NCBI GenBank assembly: GCA_965200495.1
Contig: CBDAUG010000002.1
Coordinates: 198,623-262,622 of the forward strand
Length of the DNA: 64,000 bases
Direction: 5' to 3'
Source of the DNA: Alphaproteobacteria bacterium
GTDB lineage: Bacteria; Pseudomonadota; Alphaproteobacteria; SP197
Shown: piece after piece, positions 36,867 to 47,353 of the stretch
Layout: every line of letters starts with the position of its first letter
Position numbering within the stretch: the stretch's first letter is position 1
Program-made: the position numbers and the translations under genes
The notes under the pieces: generated by a model
The model's database searches: none
What the model was told of the DNA's origin: nothing
The model's input: only the letters and a program-made list of their open reading frames with translations

Positions 36867-37771
36867 GCGACATGACCGTCAATCGGCTTGAAGAAGGCGC
36901 CAGCGGACCCATGTGGCGCGAGCAGTTCCTTGTACCGCTGAAGCGCTTCCCGATCGGTCTCTACCCGACGTTCATGATCGGCGTCTTCTTCCTCATTCCC
37001 TTCGTCATCATGCTCGTGGTGAGTTTCTATACCAGGACGGAATCAACCTACGAGCCGGGCTTTGAGTTCACACACTACGCCCGCTTCTTCTCGCCGCTCT
37101 TCACCACCCACCTTCTGGTCTCGGTGCAATTCTCGGTTATCGCCGCCATTCTTTCCGTCGCCGCAGCAGTTCCATTCACCTACTTCATCAGCCGCTTCCG
37201 GAGGCGTCCGCAGGTCATGGCGCTGGTCTTCCTGCTGTGCGTGCTGACACTCTCCGAAGTCATCGTCGCATACTCCCTGTCAGTCGTGATGAGCCGATCG
37301 AGCGGCCTGCCGAACCTCGTGGAGTGGCTCGGTCTCGTCGACAAGGCCCGCTCCTGGTATCCCGGATATCTGGCCAATCTCTTTGGCCTGAGTTTCTTCA
37401 ACATTCCGTTTGCCGTTCTCATCCTGTTTCCCTCCTGCACCAAACTTGACAGGGAACTGACAGAAGCGGCACAGACCATGGGGGCATCGCCCTTCAGGAG
37501 TTTCACGACAATCGTGCTGCCCCTGCTCGACCGCACGATCATGGTGGCCGCCGTGCTGCTCTTCGTGTTCACCATGGGGGCCTTTGTGACCCCAACCTGG
37601 CTTGGCCGCCCCGAGGACACGATGATGGCGCAACTGATCGCCAATCAGGCCCTCAATCGCGGCAATGTCCCGTTTGCCGCAGCGCTCTCCATGTTCTTCA
37701 TGGCTGTAACGATCATTCTCACCCTGATCACGGTCAGACTGCGCAGCGGTGACCGGGTGAGGCGGACATGA
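36863..37771 (+). CDS. ABC transporter permease (PotB-like)
   Basis: 6-TM protein with EAA loop ELTEAAQTMGASPFRSF. ATG 36863 overlaps the ATPase stop (ATGA). Confidence 0.85.
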   Translation: MSDMTVNRLEEGASGPMWREQFLVPLKRFPIGLYPTFMIGVFFLIPFVIMLVVSFYTRTESTYEPGFEFTHYARFFSPLFTTHLLVSVQFSVIAAILSVAAAVPFTYFISRFRRRPQVMALVFLLCVLTLSEVIVAYSLSVVMSRSSGLPNLVEWLGLVDKARSWYPGYLANLFGLSFFNIPFAVLILFPSCTKLDRELTEAAQTMGASPFRSFTTIVLPLLDRTIMVAAVLLFVFTMGAFVTPTWLGRPEDTMMAQLIANQALNRGNVPFAAALSMFFMAVTIILTLITVRLRSGDRVRRT

Positions 37772-38571
37772 ACCTGGTGCGCTTGAGCAAGGTGACCTTC
37801 ATCGCGGTCATGTTCGGCATGCTTGCCGCGCCCCTGCTCATCGTGGCCGGCGTGTCACTCAACTCCAAGAAACTCATGTTCTTTCCGCCCAAGGGACTCT
37901 CGTTGCAGTGGTACCCGGCGGTGTTCGAAACCAACCAGTGGCTGGAGGCGCTGACCACAAGCGTGATCATTGCCATGACCGCAGGTCTCATCGCCATTAC
38001 GATTGCCTTGCCGACAGCCTACTTCCTCTGGCGCCACAGGGTGCTTTACGCCAAGGCGCTCTTCCTGGCGGGACTCGTTCCCTTTGCCTTGCCGCCCGTG
38101 ATCACGGCACTCGGCATGCTGATCTTCTGGGTCGAGGTCGGACATGTCGGGCAGATCTGGAACATCATGATCGGCCACGGGGTCTTTCTGGTGACCCTGC
38201 CGCTGGTCATGATTTCCCTGGGACTGGAAGCCATCGATGACGAGATCCTCGAGGCCGCGCGCACCATGGGAGCGGACCGGCGACGCATCTTCACCACGAT
38301 CATCCTTCCCATGGTCTTCCCCTACATGGTGGCCGGCTACGCTTTCGTCGTCGTGCTGTCGATGAACGAGTACATCATCTCGTACTTCCTGGGACAGCAC
38401 GCCACCATCACTCTGCCGGTGCAGCTTCTTGCCAGCCTGAGATCCGGCTACTCGCCGATTATCGCTGCCGTTTCGGTGATGTTCATCCTGTTCGCGGTTT
38501 TCATTTTCAGCCTCGTGGCCCGGTTCGGCGATCTGCCGAAACTGCTCGGCGCGTGGACGCCAAGGGACTAG
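37768..38571 (+). CDS. ABC transporter permease (PotC-like)
   Basis: EAA loop ILEAARTMGADRRRIF. Its start overlaps the previous stop. Confidence 0.85.
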   Translation: MNLVRLSKVTFIAVMFGMLAAPLLIVAGVSLNSKKLMFFPPKGLSLQWYPAVFETNQWLEALTTSVIIAMTAGLIAITIALPTAYFLWRHRVLYAKALFLAGLVPFALPPVITALGMLIFWVEVGHVGQIWNIMIGHGVFLVTLPLVMISLGLEAIDDEILEAARTMGADRRRIFTTIILPMVFPYMVAGYAFVVVLSMNEYIISYFLGQHATITLPVQLLASLRSGYSPIIAAVSVMFILFAVFIFSLVARFGDLPKLLGAWTPRD

Positions 38572-38578
38572 GCTTTCC

Positions 38579-39235
38579 ATGTACATTCTCCATGGCGGCA
38601 ATCTGACCCGGGCGCTGGCCGTCCAGATGGTGCTGGAAGAGTCCTCACTCGCCTATGAACTGCGCGATGTCGACATTGCAACCGAGGAGCACCGCAGCGA
38701 CGCGTTCCGTGCCATCAATCCCGCCGGATACGTACCCGCCCTGGTCACTCCGCAAGGCACGGTGCTGCACGAGGCCGCTGCGATCTGCCTGTGGCTGGCG
38801 GACAGACACGCAATCGAGGAGATGGCACCCCTGCCCACAGACCCGTTGCGCGGCATTTTTCTGTCCAAGCTCTTTTACTTCACCAACGACATTCAGCCAG
38901 CGCTCAAGCACTGCTACTATCCCCGGCGCTGGTCGCTCAGAGACGGGGACGCGCAGGCTTTTCGTGAGCTCTCACAGGCCATGGCAGCAGAACGCTGGCA
39001 GGTCCTCGAAGACTGGCTGGAGGCGCATGGACCCTATCATCTTGGTGATCGCCTCAGTCTGCTGGATCTCCATCTCAGCGTCTGGGTCTGCTACGGCTTC
39101 GACACCACCCTGGATATCCTCGAAACCATGCCGGCGACGCGACGTCTCTTCGAACTGGTTCACGCACGCCCGGTCAGCGGCCCCCTGCTCGACAATCTGG
39201 TGACTGCCCTGGGGAACCATCGGGACAACTCCTGA
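38579..39235 (+). CDS. glutathione S-transferase-family protein
   Basis: N-terminal thioredoxin-like part with YVPALV..VLHEAAAICLWL, and an alpha-helical C-terminal domain. Confidence 0.8.
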   Translation: MYILHGGNLTRALAVQMVLEESSLAYELRDVDIATEEHRSDAFRAINPAGYVPALVTPQGTVLHEAAAICLWLADRHAIEEMAPLPTDPLRGIFLSKLFYFTNDIQPALKHCYYPRRWSLRDGDAQAFRELSQAMAAERWQVLEDWLEAHGPYHLGDRLSLLDLHLSVWVCYGFDTTLDILETMPATRRLFELVHARPVSGPLLDNLVTALGNHRDNS

Positions 39236-39311
39236 CCCGGAGCAGCCGTGGACAAGTCTGCAGCAGCGGTCCAGCCTCTGCACCATCCCAGCCTGACCCG
39301 GAGCAGCCGGT

Positions 39312-40316
39312 TCATCCCCAGTTGGCGCGAAAGGCCCGCAGGAAGTTGCCGCCGAGGAGTCGGGTGATGTCAGCCTGATCCCAACCGGAGCCAAGAAGAC
39401 GATCGGTGATGCGCCAGAGTTCGCCGTGACGGCGACAGTCGACCAGATACCGGTCCTCTATACGGTTGCCGAAGGCCTCGGCGTACGCCCGGATGGCGGC
39501 GGGATAATTCTCCAGGGTGAAGGCCGTGATGTGTTTCACCGCATGGCTGTCGGCGACCGCCGGCAGGTCGGTCCCGATCCCGACATGATCGATCCCGACC
39601 ATGGCGACCACATGATCAAGATGGCGCATGAAATCATCGAGCGACGGGGGCCGCCGGCTGTCGCCGTCCCAGCACATCGGCCCGTAGATACTGACGCCGA
39701 TGACGCCTCCCGAGTCGGCGATGGCCCGCAGGACGTCATCGGATTTGTTCCGCAGGGCCGGCGTGACCGCACGCGCGTTCGCGTGGGTGGCAAGGACCGG
39801 TCGCGTTGATGCCGCTGCCGCCTCGATGGAGGTCTTCCGGCCGACATGGGAAAGATCGATGGCCATGCCGAGGGAATTCATCGTGGCAACGACCTCGCGG
39901 CCCAGGGCCGTCAGACCCCGGTCATCCGTCTCGAGACATCCATCGCCAAGCAGGGAGCGGCGGTTGTAGGTGAGCTGCGCCACGCGCAGGCCGAGTTCGT
40001 GGAACATCACCAGGCGCTCGATCCGGTCGCCCATGGGGCGAAGATTCTGCCAGCCCATGATGAGACCGATGGCGCCATCCGCATGACAGGTCTCGATGTC
40101 AGCGGCCCGTCTGACCAGCCGCCAGCCCGAAACGGGTCTCGCGAGGATGGCAAGCCAGCGCGCCAGACCATCCATGGCCTCCTCGAAATCCGCCTCGAAA
40201 TGGCTGACTGTCATGTTGACCGCCGTCACGTCCGCCTGGCGCAGCACGGCAGGGTCGCCATCACCGTGGAAGTTGAGGCCATCGATGATGAGAGAGCGTT
40301 CATGGAAAGCCGTCAT
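39312..40316 (-). CDS. membrane dipeptidase family (peptidase M19)
   Basis: IIDGLN, AIDLSHVG, LATHANARAV, HVGIGTDL. Confidence 0.85.
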   Translation of the reverse strand: MTAFHERSLIIDGLNFHGDGDPAVLRQADVTAVNMTVSHFEADFEEAMDGLARWLAILARPVSGWRLVRRAADIETCHADGAIGLIMGWQNLRPMGDRIERLVMFHELGLRVAQLTYNRRSLLGDGCLETDDRGLTALGREVVATMNSLGMAIDLSHVGRKTSIEAAAASTRPVLATHANARAVTPALRNKSDDVLRAIADSGGVIGVSIYGPMCWDGDSRRPPSLDDFMRHLDHVVAMVGIDHVGIGTDLPAVADSHAVKHITAFTLENYPAAIRAYAEAFGNRIEDRYLVDCRRHGELWRITDRLLGSGWDQADITRLLGGNFLRAFRANWG

Positions 40317-41341
40317 GGCGCCTCCTGCCCTGCGACATGGGGCATGACGTCACGGGCAAATCTCTCCATGGACGCCATGACATCCCGGTGACCGGCGCCG
40401 AAGGACATGTTGCAGAGAAGATCCATGACGCCGAGTTCTCCATAGACGCCCAGTTTGTCGACGACCTCCCCGGCCGTTCCAATCGGCAGCGCATCGGCAA
40501 TGTCATCCAGCGATTCGTCGACATCCAGGGGTACGATCTCCCCGTTCGCCACGGTGCCGGACGTGGAGAAAACGTTGCAGAACCTGCGGTGGTTCTCATG
40601 GGCCATGGCGATCTTCTCCCGCCTGTCGGCCTCGTTCGCCGCGACGTAGACCATGCGCAGCATGGAGAAGCGTGCTGCGCTGCAGGCCGCACCGCCGTGG
40701 CAGCGCGCATCATTGAAGGCGCCAGCCTGCATCCGCACCGTCTCCATGCCTCCCCGCAACGGTGTCGTCTGCACGTGATAGCCGCGGCGCACACAGTGGT
40801 AGATCGCCTCGTAGCCAAGAGCGGCAATCCAGAGCGGGATGGGCTTCTGCACCGAACGGGGTGTGATGGTAATGGGTTCGAAATCGTACCACCGGCTCTT
40901 CCAGCCGGTTTCCCGGCCCGACAGCAGTGTCTCGAGGAGGGCCAGGGCATCGTCGAAACGTTCCCGGCTCTCTTCGGGCGGCACGTTGAACCTGTCGAAC
41001 TCGTAGGCAAAGGCGCCGCGACCGACACCGAGTTCGAGTCTGCCGTCCATCAGACAGTCGGCCTGGCAGATCTCGCCAGCGAGTCGGCGCATGTCATGAA
41101 CGGGAAGGACGAGGACGGACGTGATGATGCGGATCGCGCGCGTCCGGCTGGCGACCTTGACGGCCGTCAGCAACGGCTGGGGGTGCGTGAGATAGTTGAT
41201 GAAATGATGCTCGGGAATGCACAGGGCATTGAAACCGAGAGCTTCGGCAAGAACGCCTTCCTCGACCGCATCCTCATAGAGACGGTGCGCCGGGTAGGAA
41301 AGATCGGGCCAGTAACACGGCAGATAGAAGCTGAACTGCAT
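40313..41341 (-). CDS. LLM-class (luciferase-like) flavin-dependent oxidoreductase
   Basis: MQFSFYL..FNALCIPEHHF..LELGVGRGAF. ATG 41341. Its stop overlaps the dipeptidase start. Confidence 0.85.
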   Translation of the reverse strand: MQFSFYLPCYWPDLSYPAHRLYEDAVEEGVLAEALGFNALCIPEHHFINYLTHPQPLLTAVKVASRTRAIRIITSVLVLPVHDMRRLAGEICQADCLMDGRLELGVGRGAFAYEFDRFNVPPEESRERFDDALALLETLLSGRETGWKSRWYDFEPITITPRSVQKPIPLWIAALGYEAIYHCVRRGYHVQTTPLRGGMETVRMQAGAFNDARCHGGAACSAARFSMLRMVYVAANEADRREKIAMAHENHRRFCNVFSTSGTVANGEIVPLDVDESLDDIADALPIGTAGEVVDKLGVYGELGVMDLLCNMSFGAGHRDVMASMERFARDVMPHVAGQEAP

Positions 41342-41353
41342 GGCGCGACAAGG

Positions 41354-41564
41354 GTCACGAATGATCATCCCGCGTCAAGGCGCAATGATGGTTGAGACCC
41401 CCTGCATTGTGGCGATTTTCACGACGGCGCCATCCTGCGATCCAGCGTCAGGTCACGTTGCCGCGATCAAGGAAAAGCCGTCCACTCACGCCTGCCCGGT
41501 CACGAACGTCACATCTCCCCGGGCATAAGGGTGACGACGCACAAGGCAAACACTGATCCGTGAC
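41354..41564. promoter_or_regulatory. cluster of GTCACG/CGTGAC hexamers in a 406-bp divergent intergenic region
   Basis: GTCACG at 41354, 41452 and 41499. GTCACA at 41508, GTGACG at 41531, CGTGAC at 41559. Confidence 0.3.
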
Positions 41565-41747
41565 GGCGCTTCGAGCGCCCCTGACCCGGACATCGCGCTG
41601 ACGGGCATGGCGCCCGTTCATGCCGGAAATCTCAAGGTTCCTTCACCATGCGGCCGGTTACGGATAGAGTGCGGGAAAGAGGTGGTCCGCTCCTGCCGGT
41701 GAGGCCCACCTCGCATGCGAACAAACCGTTGCTCAGGGAGGAGCACA

Positions 41748-42908
41748 ATGACCCCAATCATGGATGTTGACGAGTTCCGCTCGCGCCTCGCCAACCACGA
41801 CATTTCGCGCCGGGACATCAACAGGGTTCTGGCATCTGCGGGTGTCGCCACCGTTGCCGTGCCGCTTGTGTCGGGCCACGCCCAGGAAGAAGGCGAAGCA
41901 GAATACGAGATTGACAGCGACCTGACGGTCTTCACCTGGTCCGGCTACGACGTTCCGGAGGTTCACGCGAGCTACATCGACAAGAACGGCTCGACTCCGG
42001 CCTTCACGCTGTGGGGCGAGGAAGAGGAAGGGTTCCAGAAGATGCGGGCGGGGTTCAAACCCGACATTGCAGCGCCATGCACCTACAGCTTGCAGCGCTG
42101 GTGGGATGCCGGACTTCTCGCTCCCCTCGACACCTCCCGTCTCGAACACTGGGACGATGTGTTCCCCGCGCTGCAGACCGTAACCGGTGCGGTCATCGAC
42201 GGAAGCAACGTCTTTCTTCCGGTTGACTGGGGCAACAGTTCGGTCCTGTTCCGTCCCGACCTGGCGCCGGAGTACGCGGGACCGGAGAATCATTCCTGGG
42301 AGATCCTGTTCGACGAGAAATACGCCGGTCGCCTGGGAATCTACGATTCGGTGGACGGTGTCTTCGGTGTGGTCGGTGCCGTCATCGGCGCCGACGATCC
42401 CTTCGACATGACGGACGAGGAACTCGAGGAAGCGGCCAAGTGGATGCGCAAGCAACGCGAAGTCCTGCGCTGGTACTGGACCGACATCACGGCTGTCGAA
42501 CAGGGCCTTGCAACGGGCGAACTCGTCGCCTCCTATGCTTGGAACAGCTCTGTCGTCGAACTCAGGAAGCAGGGTGTTGACATCGAGTACATGAATCCGA
42601 AAGAGGGCATCTACACCTGGGTCTGTGGCAATGTGCACATCGCCACGGGAGAAGGGTCCGACGACAAGACCTACGATTTCCTCAATGCCATGTCATCGCC
42701 CGAAACCGGCGCATACATCATCAACAACCACGGGTATGGCCACTGCAACCAGAAGTCCTTCGACCTGGTGGACCAGGGCACTCTCGACGATCTCGGACTC
42801 TCCGATCCGGTGGCCTTCATGATGGACAGCCGCTTCTTCGACGAGATCCGACCGGACGTTCGCGAGAAGTACATCGCGCTCTTCGACGAGATCAAGGCCG
42901 GATTCTGA
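41748..42908 (+). CDS. periplasmic substrate-binding protein (PotD/PotF-like) with a twin-arginine signal
   Basis: ISRRDINRVLASAGVATVAVPLVSGHA. ATG 41748 is preceded by GGAGGAG. Confidence 0.85.
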   Translation: MTPIMDVDEFRSRLANHDISRRDINRVLASAGVATVAVPLVSGHAQEEGEAEYEIDSDLTVFTWSGYDVPEVHASYIDKNGSTPAFTLWGEEEEGFQKMRAGFKPDIAAPCTYSLQRWWDAGLLAPLDTSRLEHWDDVFPALQTVTGAVIDGSNVFLPVDWGNSSVLFRPDLAPEYAGPENHSWEILFDEKYAGRLGIYDSVDGVFGVVGAVIGADDPFDMTDEELEEAAKWMRKQREVLRWYWTDITAVEQGLATGELVASYAWNSSVVELRKQGVDIEYMNPKEGIYTWVCGNVHIATGEGSDDKTYDFLNAMSSPETGAYIINNHGYGHCNQKSFDLVDQGTLDDLGLSDPVAFMMDSRFFDEIRPDVREKYIALFDEIKAGF

Positions 42909-42967
42909 CCCCGGTCATGATGCATCAGCGGGCTTTCAGGGGCCCGCTGATGCATGACGTGTGAGCG

Positions 42968-44578
42968 ATGCCGCAAAGCGATCCTCCTGACCGGCAGAGC
43001 GTGGGACATGTTCTTCGCTGCCGGGCAGATGCGACGCCGGATGCGCCTTTCATTCTGTCTGACCGGCGCACCCTCACCTACCGTGAGGCCCATCGCGATT
43101 CCAGCAAACTCGCCAACGGCACCACGGCACTCGGGATCACGTCCGGCGATGCTGTCCTGGTGGCGATGCCGAATGTCGTCGAGTTCATCCTCGTGTGGCT
43201 TGGTCTGGGCAAGACCGGAGCCATCCAGATCCCCGTCAACACCGCAGTGCGCGGCAGTCTCCTCACCCACATCATCAATGATTCCGCGGCCCGCGTGATG
43301 ATCGTCGCGGCGGGTTTCCTCGACCGCATCGCCGATGTGGCGGGTGATCTCGTGTCTCTTGAGCGCCTGATTGTCTTTGATCCCTCAGGCGCACACGCCA
43401 CGCTGCCGTCCAAGCTTTCTCACCTCGAGATGATCGATTTTTCTGATCTGCTCGACGCGGAGGACACCCCGCCCGATGCTCTCCCCCGTCACCATGATCT
43501 CAAGGCGGTCATGTACACCTCAGGCACCACGGGTCCTTCCAAGGGGGTCATGATTTCCCAGCGCCAGGCCTACGGCTACGCCCACGGAAACTTCGAACTC
43601 ATGGACCTCAAACCCGGCGACGTCTACTACGCACCGCTGCCGCTCTTCCACATCGCCGGACAGTGGGCGATGTGCTATGCGTCGATGATCGCCGGCGCGG
43701 CGGCCGTGGTGACGGAACGGTTCAGCGTTGAACACTTCTGGAGCGATGCAAGACGGTTCGGTGCCACGGTCACCTTCCTTCTCGGGGCCATGGCGAACTT
43801 TCTGGCGCGCCAGCCCCGCGAATCCGACGACAGCGACGTCCCGATCGAACGCGCACTCGTTGTCCCGATGTTTCCGGATGCGGGCTGCTTTGCACGGCGA
43901 TTCGACATGAAGATCAAGACCACCTACGGGTCCACAGAGGTTTCCGCGCCACATCGCATGGACTGGGACGATCCCGACTGGAAGACCTGCGGCAGGTTGG
44001 AGGACGAACTCTACGAGGCGCGAATCGTCGATGCGAACGACGAGGAGGTGCCGGACGGCACTGTTGGCGAGTTCGTTATTCGCGGCAAGGAGCCCTGGCT
44101 CCTCATGTCGGGTTACTGGCGACACCCGGAATGGACCGAGAAGGCCTGGTCCAACCTTTGGTTGCACTCGGGCGATGCCATGATGAGGACATCGGACGGC
44201 CGCTACTACTTTGTCGACCGCATGAGTGATTCCATCCGCAGGCGCGGCGAGAACATCTCTTCCCTCGAGGTCGAAAACGAAATCAACCTTCACACGGATA
44301 TCCTTGAATGCGCGGTCTTTCCTGTGCCGAGCGAGCATACCGAGGACGAGGTGATGGCAACGGTGATCCCGCAGCCCGGCTGCACACTCGACCCGGAGAG
44401 CCTCGTACGCTTCCTGGAGCCAAGGATGGCCCGTTTCATGGTGCCGCGCTACATTGATGTGGCAGAGAGTCTTCCGAAGACCCCCACCGGCAAGATCAGG
44501 AAAGTGGCCCTGCGTGATGCCGGCGTGACGCCCTCCACCTTCGATCGCGAGAAGGCAGGGATGATCCTCAGGCGATGA
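42968..44578 (+). CDS. AMP-dependent synthetase/ligase (acyl-CoA synthetase family)
   Basis: YTSGTTGPSKGV (AMP-binding motif) and the C-terminal PKTPTGKIRK. Confidence 0.9.
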   Translation: MPQSDPPDRQSVGHVLRCRADATPDAPFILSDRRTLTYREAHRDSSKLANGTTALGITSGDAVLVAMPNVVEFILVWLGLGKTGAIQIPVNTAVRGSLLTHIINDSAARVMIVAAGFLDRIADVAGDLVSLERLIVFDPSGAHATLPSKLSHLEMIDFSDLLDAEDTPPDALPRHHDLKAVMYTSGTTGPSKGVMISQRQAYGYAHGNFELMDLKPGDVYYAPLPLFHIAGQWAMCYASMIAGAAAVVTERFSVEHFWSDARRFGATVTFLLGAMANFLARQPRESDDSDVPIERALVVPMFPDAGCFARRFDMKIKTTYGSTEVSAPHRMDWDDPDWKTCGRLEDELYEARIVDANDEEVPDGTVGEFVIRGKEPWLLMSGYWRHPEWTEKAWSNLWLHSGDAMMRTSDGRYYFVDRMSDSIRRRGENISSLEVENEINLHTDILECAVFPVPSEHTEDEVMATVIPQPGCTLDPESLVRFLEPRMARFMVPRYIDVAESLPKTPTGKIRKVALRDAGVTPSTFDREKAGMILRR

Positions 44579-44924
44579 CATCCACTCCGGACGACATGGC
44601 GCGGTATCATCGGGACGCAGACCTGCCGGCACCGGGATTTTCGTCGCAACCGGAACTGCCACCGCTTCGCCGGGCATCGGCGGACGCCTTGCGACCATTC
44701 ACAACGGCGGCGATAGAGCACAGAGCGACCATCTGAACCTGCGACGGTATCCGGTGGCCTGCCCCGCTTATGGAGCTGCGCGATCGTCGTGTACAGCAGT
44801 TTTCACGATCCCCGCTGAAGGGGCCTTCCGCGTTGCGGGCGATGTACCGACATCGCCGCATGCACTGACGACACGGTCAGCGCGATGGTTCATGAGCCTC
44901 CGGGGAACTCCTGTCTCTGCAGGG

Positions 44925-45818
44925 TTACGCGATCCTGACGCCAGCTCCCGGTACCGGCCGCGTGGCGCCCTCGGCGTAGAGATCGTTGCCGCCGGACGAC
45001 AGTTCCTCGTAGCCCCTGATGATGTCGTAGGGATCCTGGAAATCCTGAACCCAGCCAAGAAACGGCCGGTGAATGTTGAAGCCAAGAAGGCGCGCGAGCT
45101 GCTCGGGCATCTCCCTGACCTCCTCAGGCGTCACGGAGAGATACCAGTTCTGTTCCTGGCGCAGCCAGCCAAGGGAGAAGCCGGTGAACATGCCGATGCG
45201 CCATGCATCGGTTGTGAGATTGCGCCCGCCGCCGTGGTAGACGCCCCCGACAAAGACGCAGAACGACCCCTTCGCCATGACCGCGGCGCACGTCTCGTCG
45301 TCGCGCGGCACCCTTTGATCGTCCCACTTGTGGCTTCCCGGGATGATTCGTGTGGCGCCATTTTCTTCCCGGAAGTCGGTGAGAGCCCAGAAAACCGTGG
45401 ATGTGGCGTTGCGTTCGCTGGGATGCGAAAGGGGATAAAGCAGATCGTCTCGATGCAGGGGATGCGATGTCTCGACCGGCCCGATCGCTGTCATCGAGTT
45501 CGAGTTCAGCTGGTAGTTCTCGCACCACGGCAACAGTGTCAGATCCATGATGTCGAGAACCCGCTCATGAAGGACAAAATCCTGGACTCGCCGGGACTTC
45601 CCGAAAAGTGAATGCAGTCGCTTTGTCTTGTAACCGACAAAGTTACCGTTGCCACAGGGCTTGCGCCCGAGATATGGGTCGAGATCCGCGAGAAGGGCGT
45701 CAATCATCGCGTGATCGACGGCGTCCCGGACAATGATGCAGCCATCGCGCTCAAGAATGGCGCCGATCTCTTCGCTGGGTGTATCGGGTTCGACCGTCGT
45801 GACCGCGGCAATGCTCAT
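44925..45818 (-). CDS. phytanoyl-CoA dioxygenase (PhyH) family Fe(II)/2-oxoglutarate oxygenase
   Basis: HPLHRDD (HxD), GATRIIPGSH, VYHGGG. ATG 45818 is preceded by GGGGAGG. Confidence 0.8.
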   Translation of the reverse strand: MSIAAVTTVEPDTPSEEIGAILERDGCIIVRDAVDHAMIDALLADLDPYLGRKPCGNGNFVGYKTKRLHSLFGKSRRVQDFVLHERVLDIMDLTLLPWCENYQLNSNSMTAIGPVETSHPLHRDDLLYPLSHPSERNATSTVFWALTDFREENGATRIIPGSHKWDDQRVPRDDETCAAVMAKGSFCVFVGGVYHGGGRNLTTDAWRIGMFTGFSLGWLRQEQNWYLSVTPEEVREMPEQLARLLGFNIHRPFLGWVQDFQDPYDIIRGYEELSSGGNDLYAEGATRPVPGAGVRIA

Positions 45819-45922
45819 CTTCTCTGCCTCCCCGTAACCCTGTCCATCACGGATTCTACAAATCGTTCGGCCTGGTGTCTTGCACGTCATCACCGACAAA
45901 TCCTTCTCATGCGCACTTAAGA

Positions 45923-45938
45923 AAGATACATTTATCTT
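45923..45938. promoter_or_regulatory. AT-rich imperfect palindrome AAGATA-CATT-TATCTT
   Basis: It sits in the most AT-rich stretch of the 344-bp PhyH/gcdH divergent intergenic region. Confidence 0.3.
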
Positions 45939-46091
45939 ATTGATATAACGCCTTTAAATGAAGTGACAGTTTTCTATCCTGCAAAGGGCCGCTGCAAACG
46001 GCGGTGGGTCGCTGATCCTCTCTCCTGTGGCGCACGCCCTGATCGCGTGCTTTCGGGTGGTGACAATGCGCCGTGAGTCGCCGGTCATGTC

Positions 46092-46109
46092 CACGCAATT
46101 GATTGCGTG
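46092..46109. promoter_or_regulatory. perfect 8-bp-arm palindrome CACGCAAT-TG-ATTGCGTG, candidate operator for gcdH
   Basis: It ends 53 nt upstream of the proposed GTG start at 46163. Confidence 0.5.
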
Positions 46110-46162
46110 CCGGCGTTCGGATTAGGGTGCCGGTGATCCGTCATTTCAGGAAGGCATCGACC

Positions 46163-47353
46163 GTGAACAAGATCCCTTCGCGCCCCTCCTTCAGATGGGA
46201 CGACCCGTTCCTTCTCGACGAACAGCTCGGCGAGGATGAACGCATGATCCGCGATTCGACGCGGCAGTTCTGCGAGAATTACCTCGCACAGCGGGTGACG
46301 AAGGACTTTCGCGAGGAGGCCGGAGATCGCGAGATCATCCGACGCATGGGCGAGATGGGACTGCTTGGGGCGACAATCGACGGCTACGGCTGTCCCGGCA
46401 TCAGTCAGGTCACCTACGGTCTCATCGCCTTCGAGATCGAACGGATCGACAGCGCCTATCGCTCCTCGGCCTCGGTCCAGTCGAGTCTGGTGATGCACCC
46501 CATCCACGCTTTCGGAACCGAGGAACAGCGCCAGAAGTTCCTCCCGGCACTGGCCAGCGGCGCCATGGTCGGGGCATTCGGCCTCACGGAACCCGATCAC
46601 GGCTCGGATCCCGGTTCCATGACCACCCGGGCACGTGCGGTCGCCGGCGGATTCCGGCTGGACGGTGCAAAAATGTGGATCTCGAATTCCCCGATCGCCG
46701 ATGTGATGGTGGTCTGGGCCAGGGATGACGAAGGCTCCATCAGGGGGTTTCTTCTCGAACGAGGCATGAAGGGGCTGTCAACGCCGAAAATCGAGGGGAA
46801 GTTCAGCCTGCGCGCCAGTCCGACCGGCGAGATCGTCATGGAAAATGTCTTCTGTCCGGAAGAAAACGCATTCCCGGAGATCCGCGGTCTGAAAGGACCA
46901 TTCAGCTGCCTCAACAATGCCCGCTACGGCATCGCCTGGGGCGCGCTCGGAGCAGCGACCTTCTGCTGGCAGGCGGCCCGCTCCTACACGCTGGAGCGTA
47001 CCCAGTTCGGCCGCCCGCTGGCCGCCAACCAACTCATCCAGAAAAAACTCGCGGACATGCAGACGGAGATTGCCATGGGACTTCAGGCCTGCCTGAGGGT
47101 GGGCCGCCTCAAGGACGAAGGCCAGGCAACGCCGGAGATGGTTTCTCTCATCAAGCGCAATTCATGCGGCAAGGCACTCGATGTTGCCCGCGCATCGCGC
47201 GACATGCACGGCGGCAACGGGGTGAGCGATCAGTACGGCGTCATTCGCCATGTGCTGAACCTCGAAGCCGTCAACACCTACGAGGGCACCCACGACATTC
47301 ATGCCCTCATCCTTGGCCGTGCCCAGACGGGCCTCCAGGCCTTCTCCGGCTGA
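46163..47353 (+). CDS. gcdH: glutaryl-CoA dehydrogenase-like acyl-CoA dehydrogenase
   Basis: [60 protein letters not shown] is typical of GcdH. GTG 46163 is preceded by AGGAAGG. The tracked ORF starts at TTG 46103. Confidence 0.85.
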   Translation: MNKIPSRPSFRWDDPFLLDEQLGEDERMIRDSTRQFCENYLAQRVTKDFREEAGDREIIRRMGEMGLLGATIDGYGCPGISQVTYGLIAFEIERIDSAYRSSASVQSSLVMHPIHAFGTEEQRQKFLPALASGAMVGAFGLTEPDHGSDPGSMTTRARAVAGGFRLDGAKMWISNSPIADVMVVWARDDEGSIRGFLLERGMKGLSTPKIEGKFSLRASPTGEIVMENVFCPEENAFPEIRGLKGPFSCLNNARYGIAWGALGAATFCWQAARSYTLERTQFGRPLAANQLIQKKLADMQTEIAMGLQACLRVGRLKDEGQATPEMVSLIKRNSCGKALDVARASRDMHGGNGVSDQYGVIRHVLNLEAVNTYEGTHDIHALILGRAQTGLQAFSG

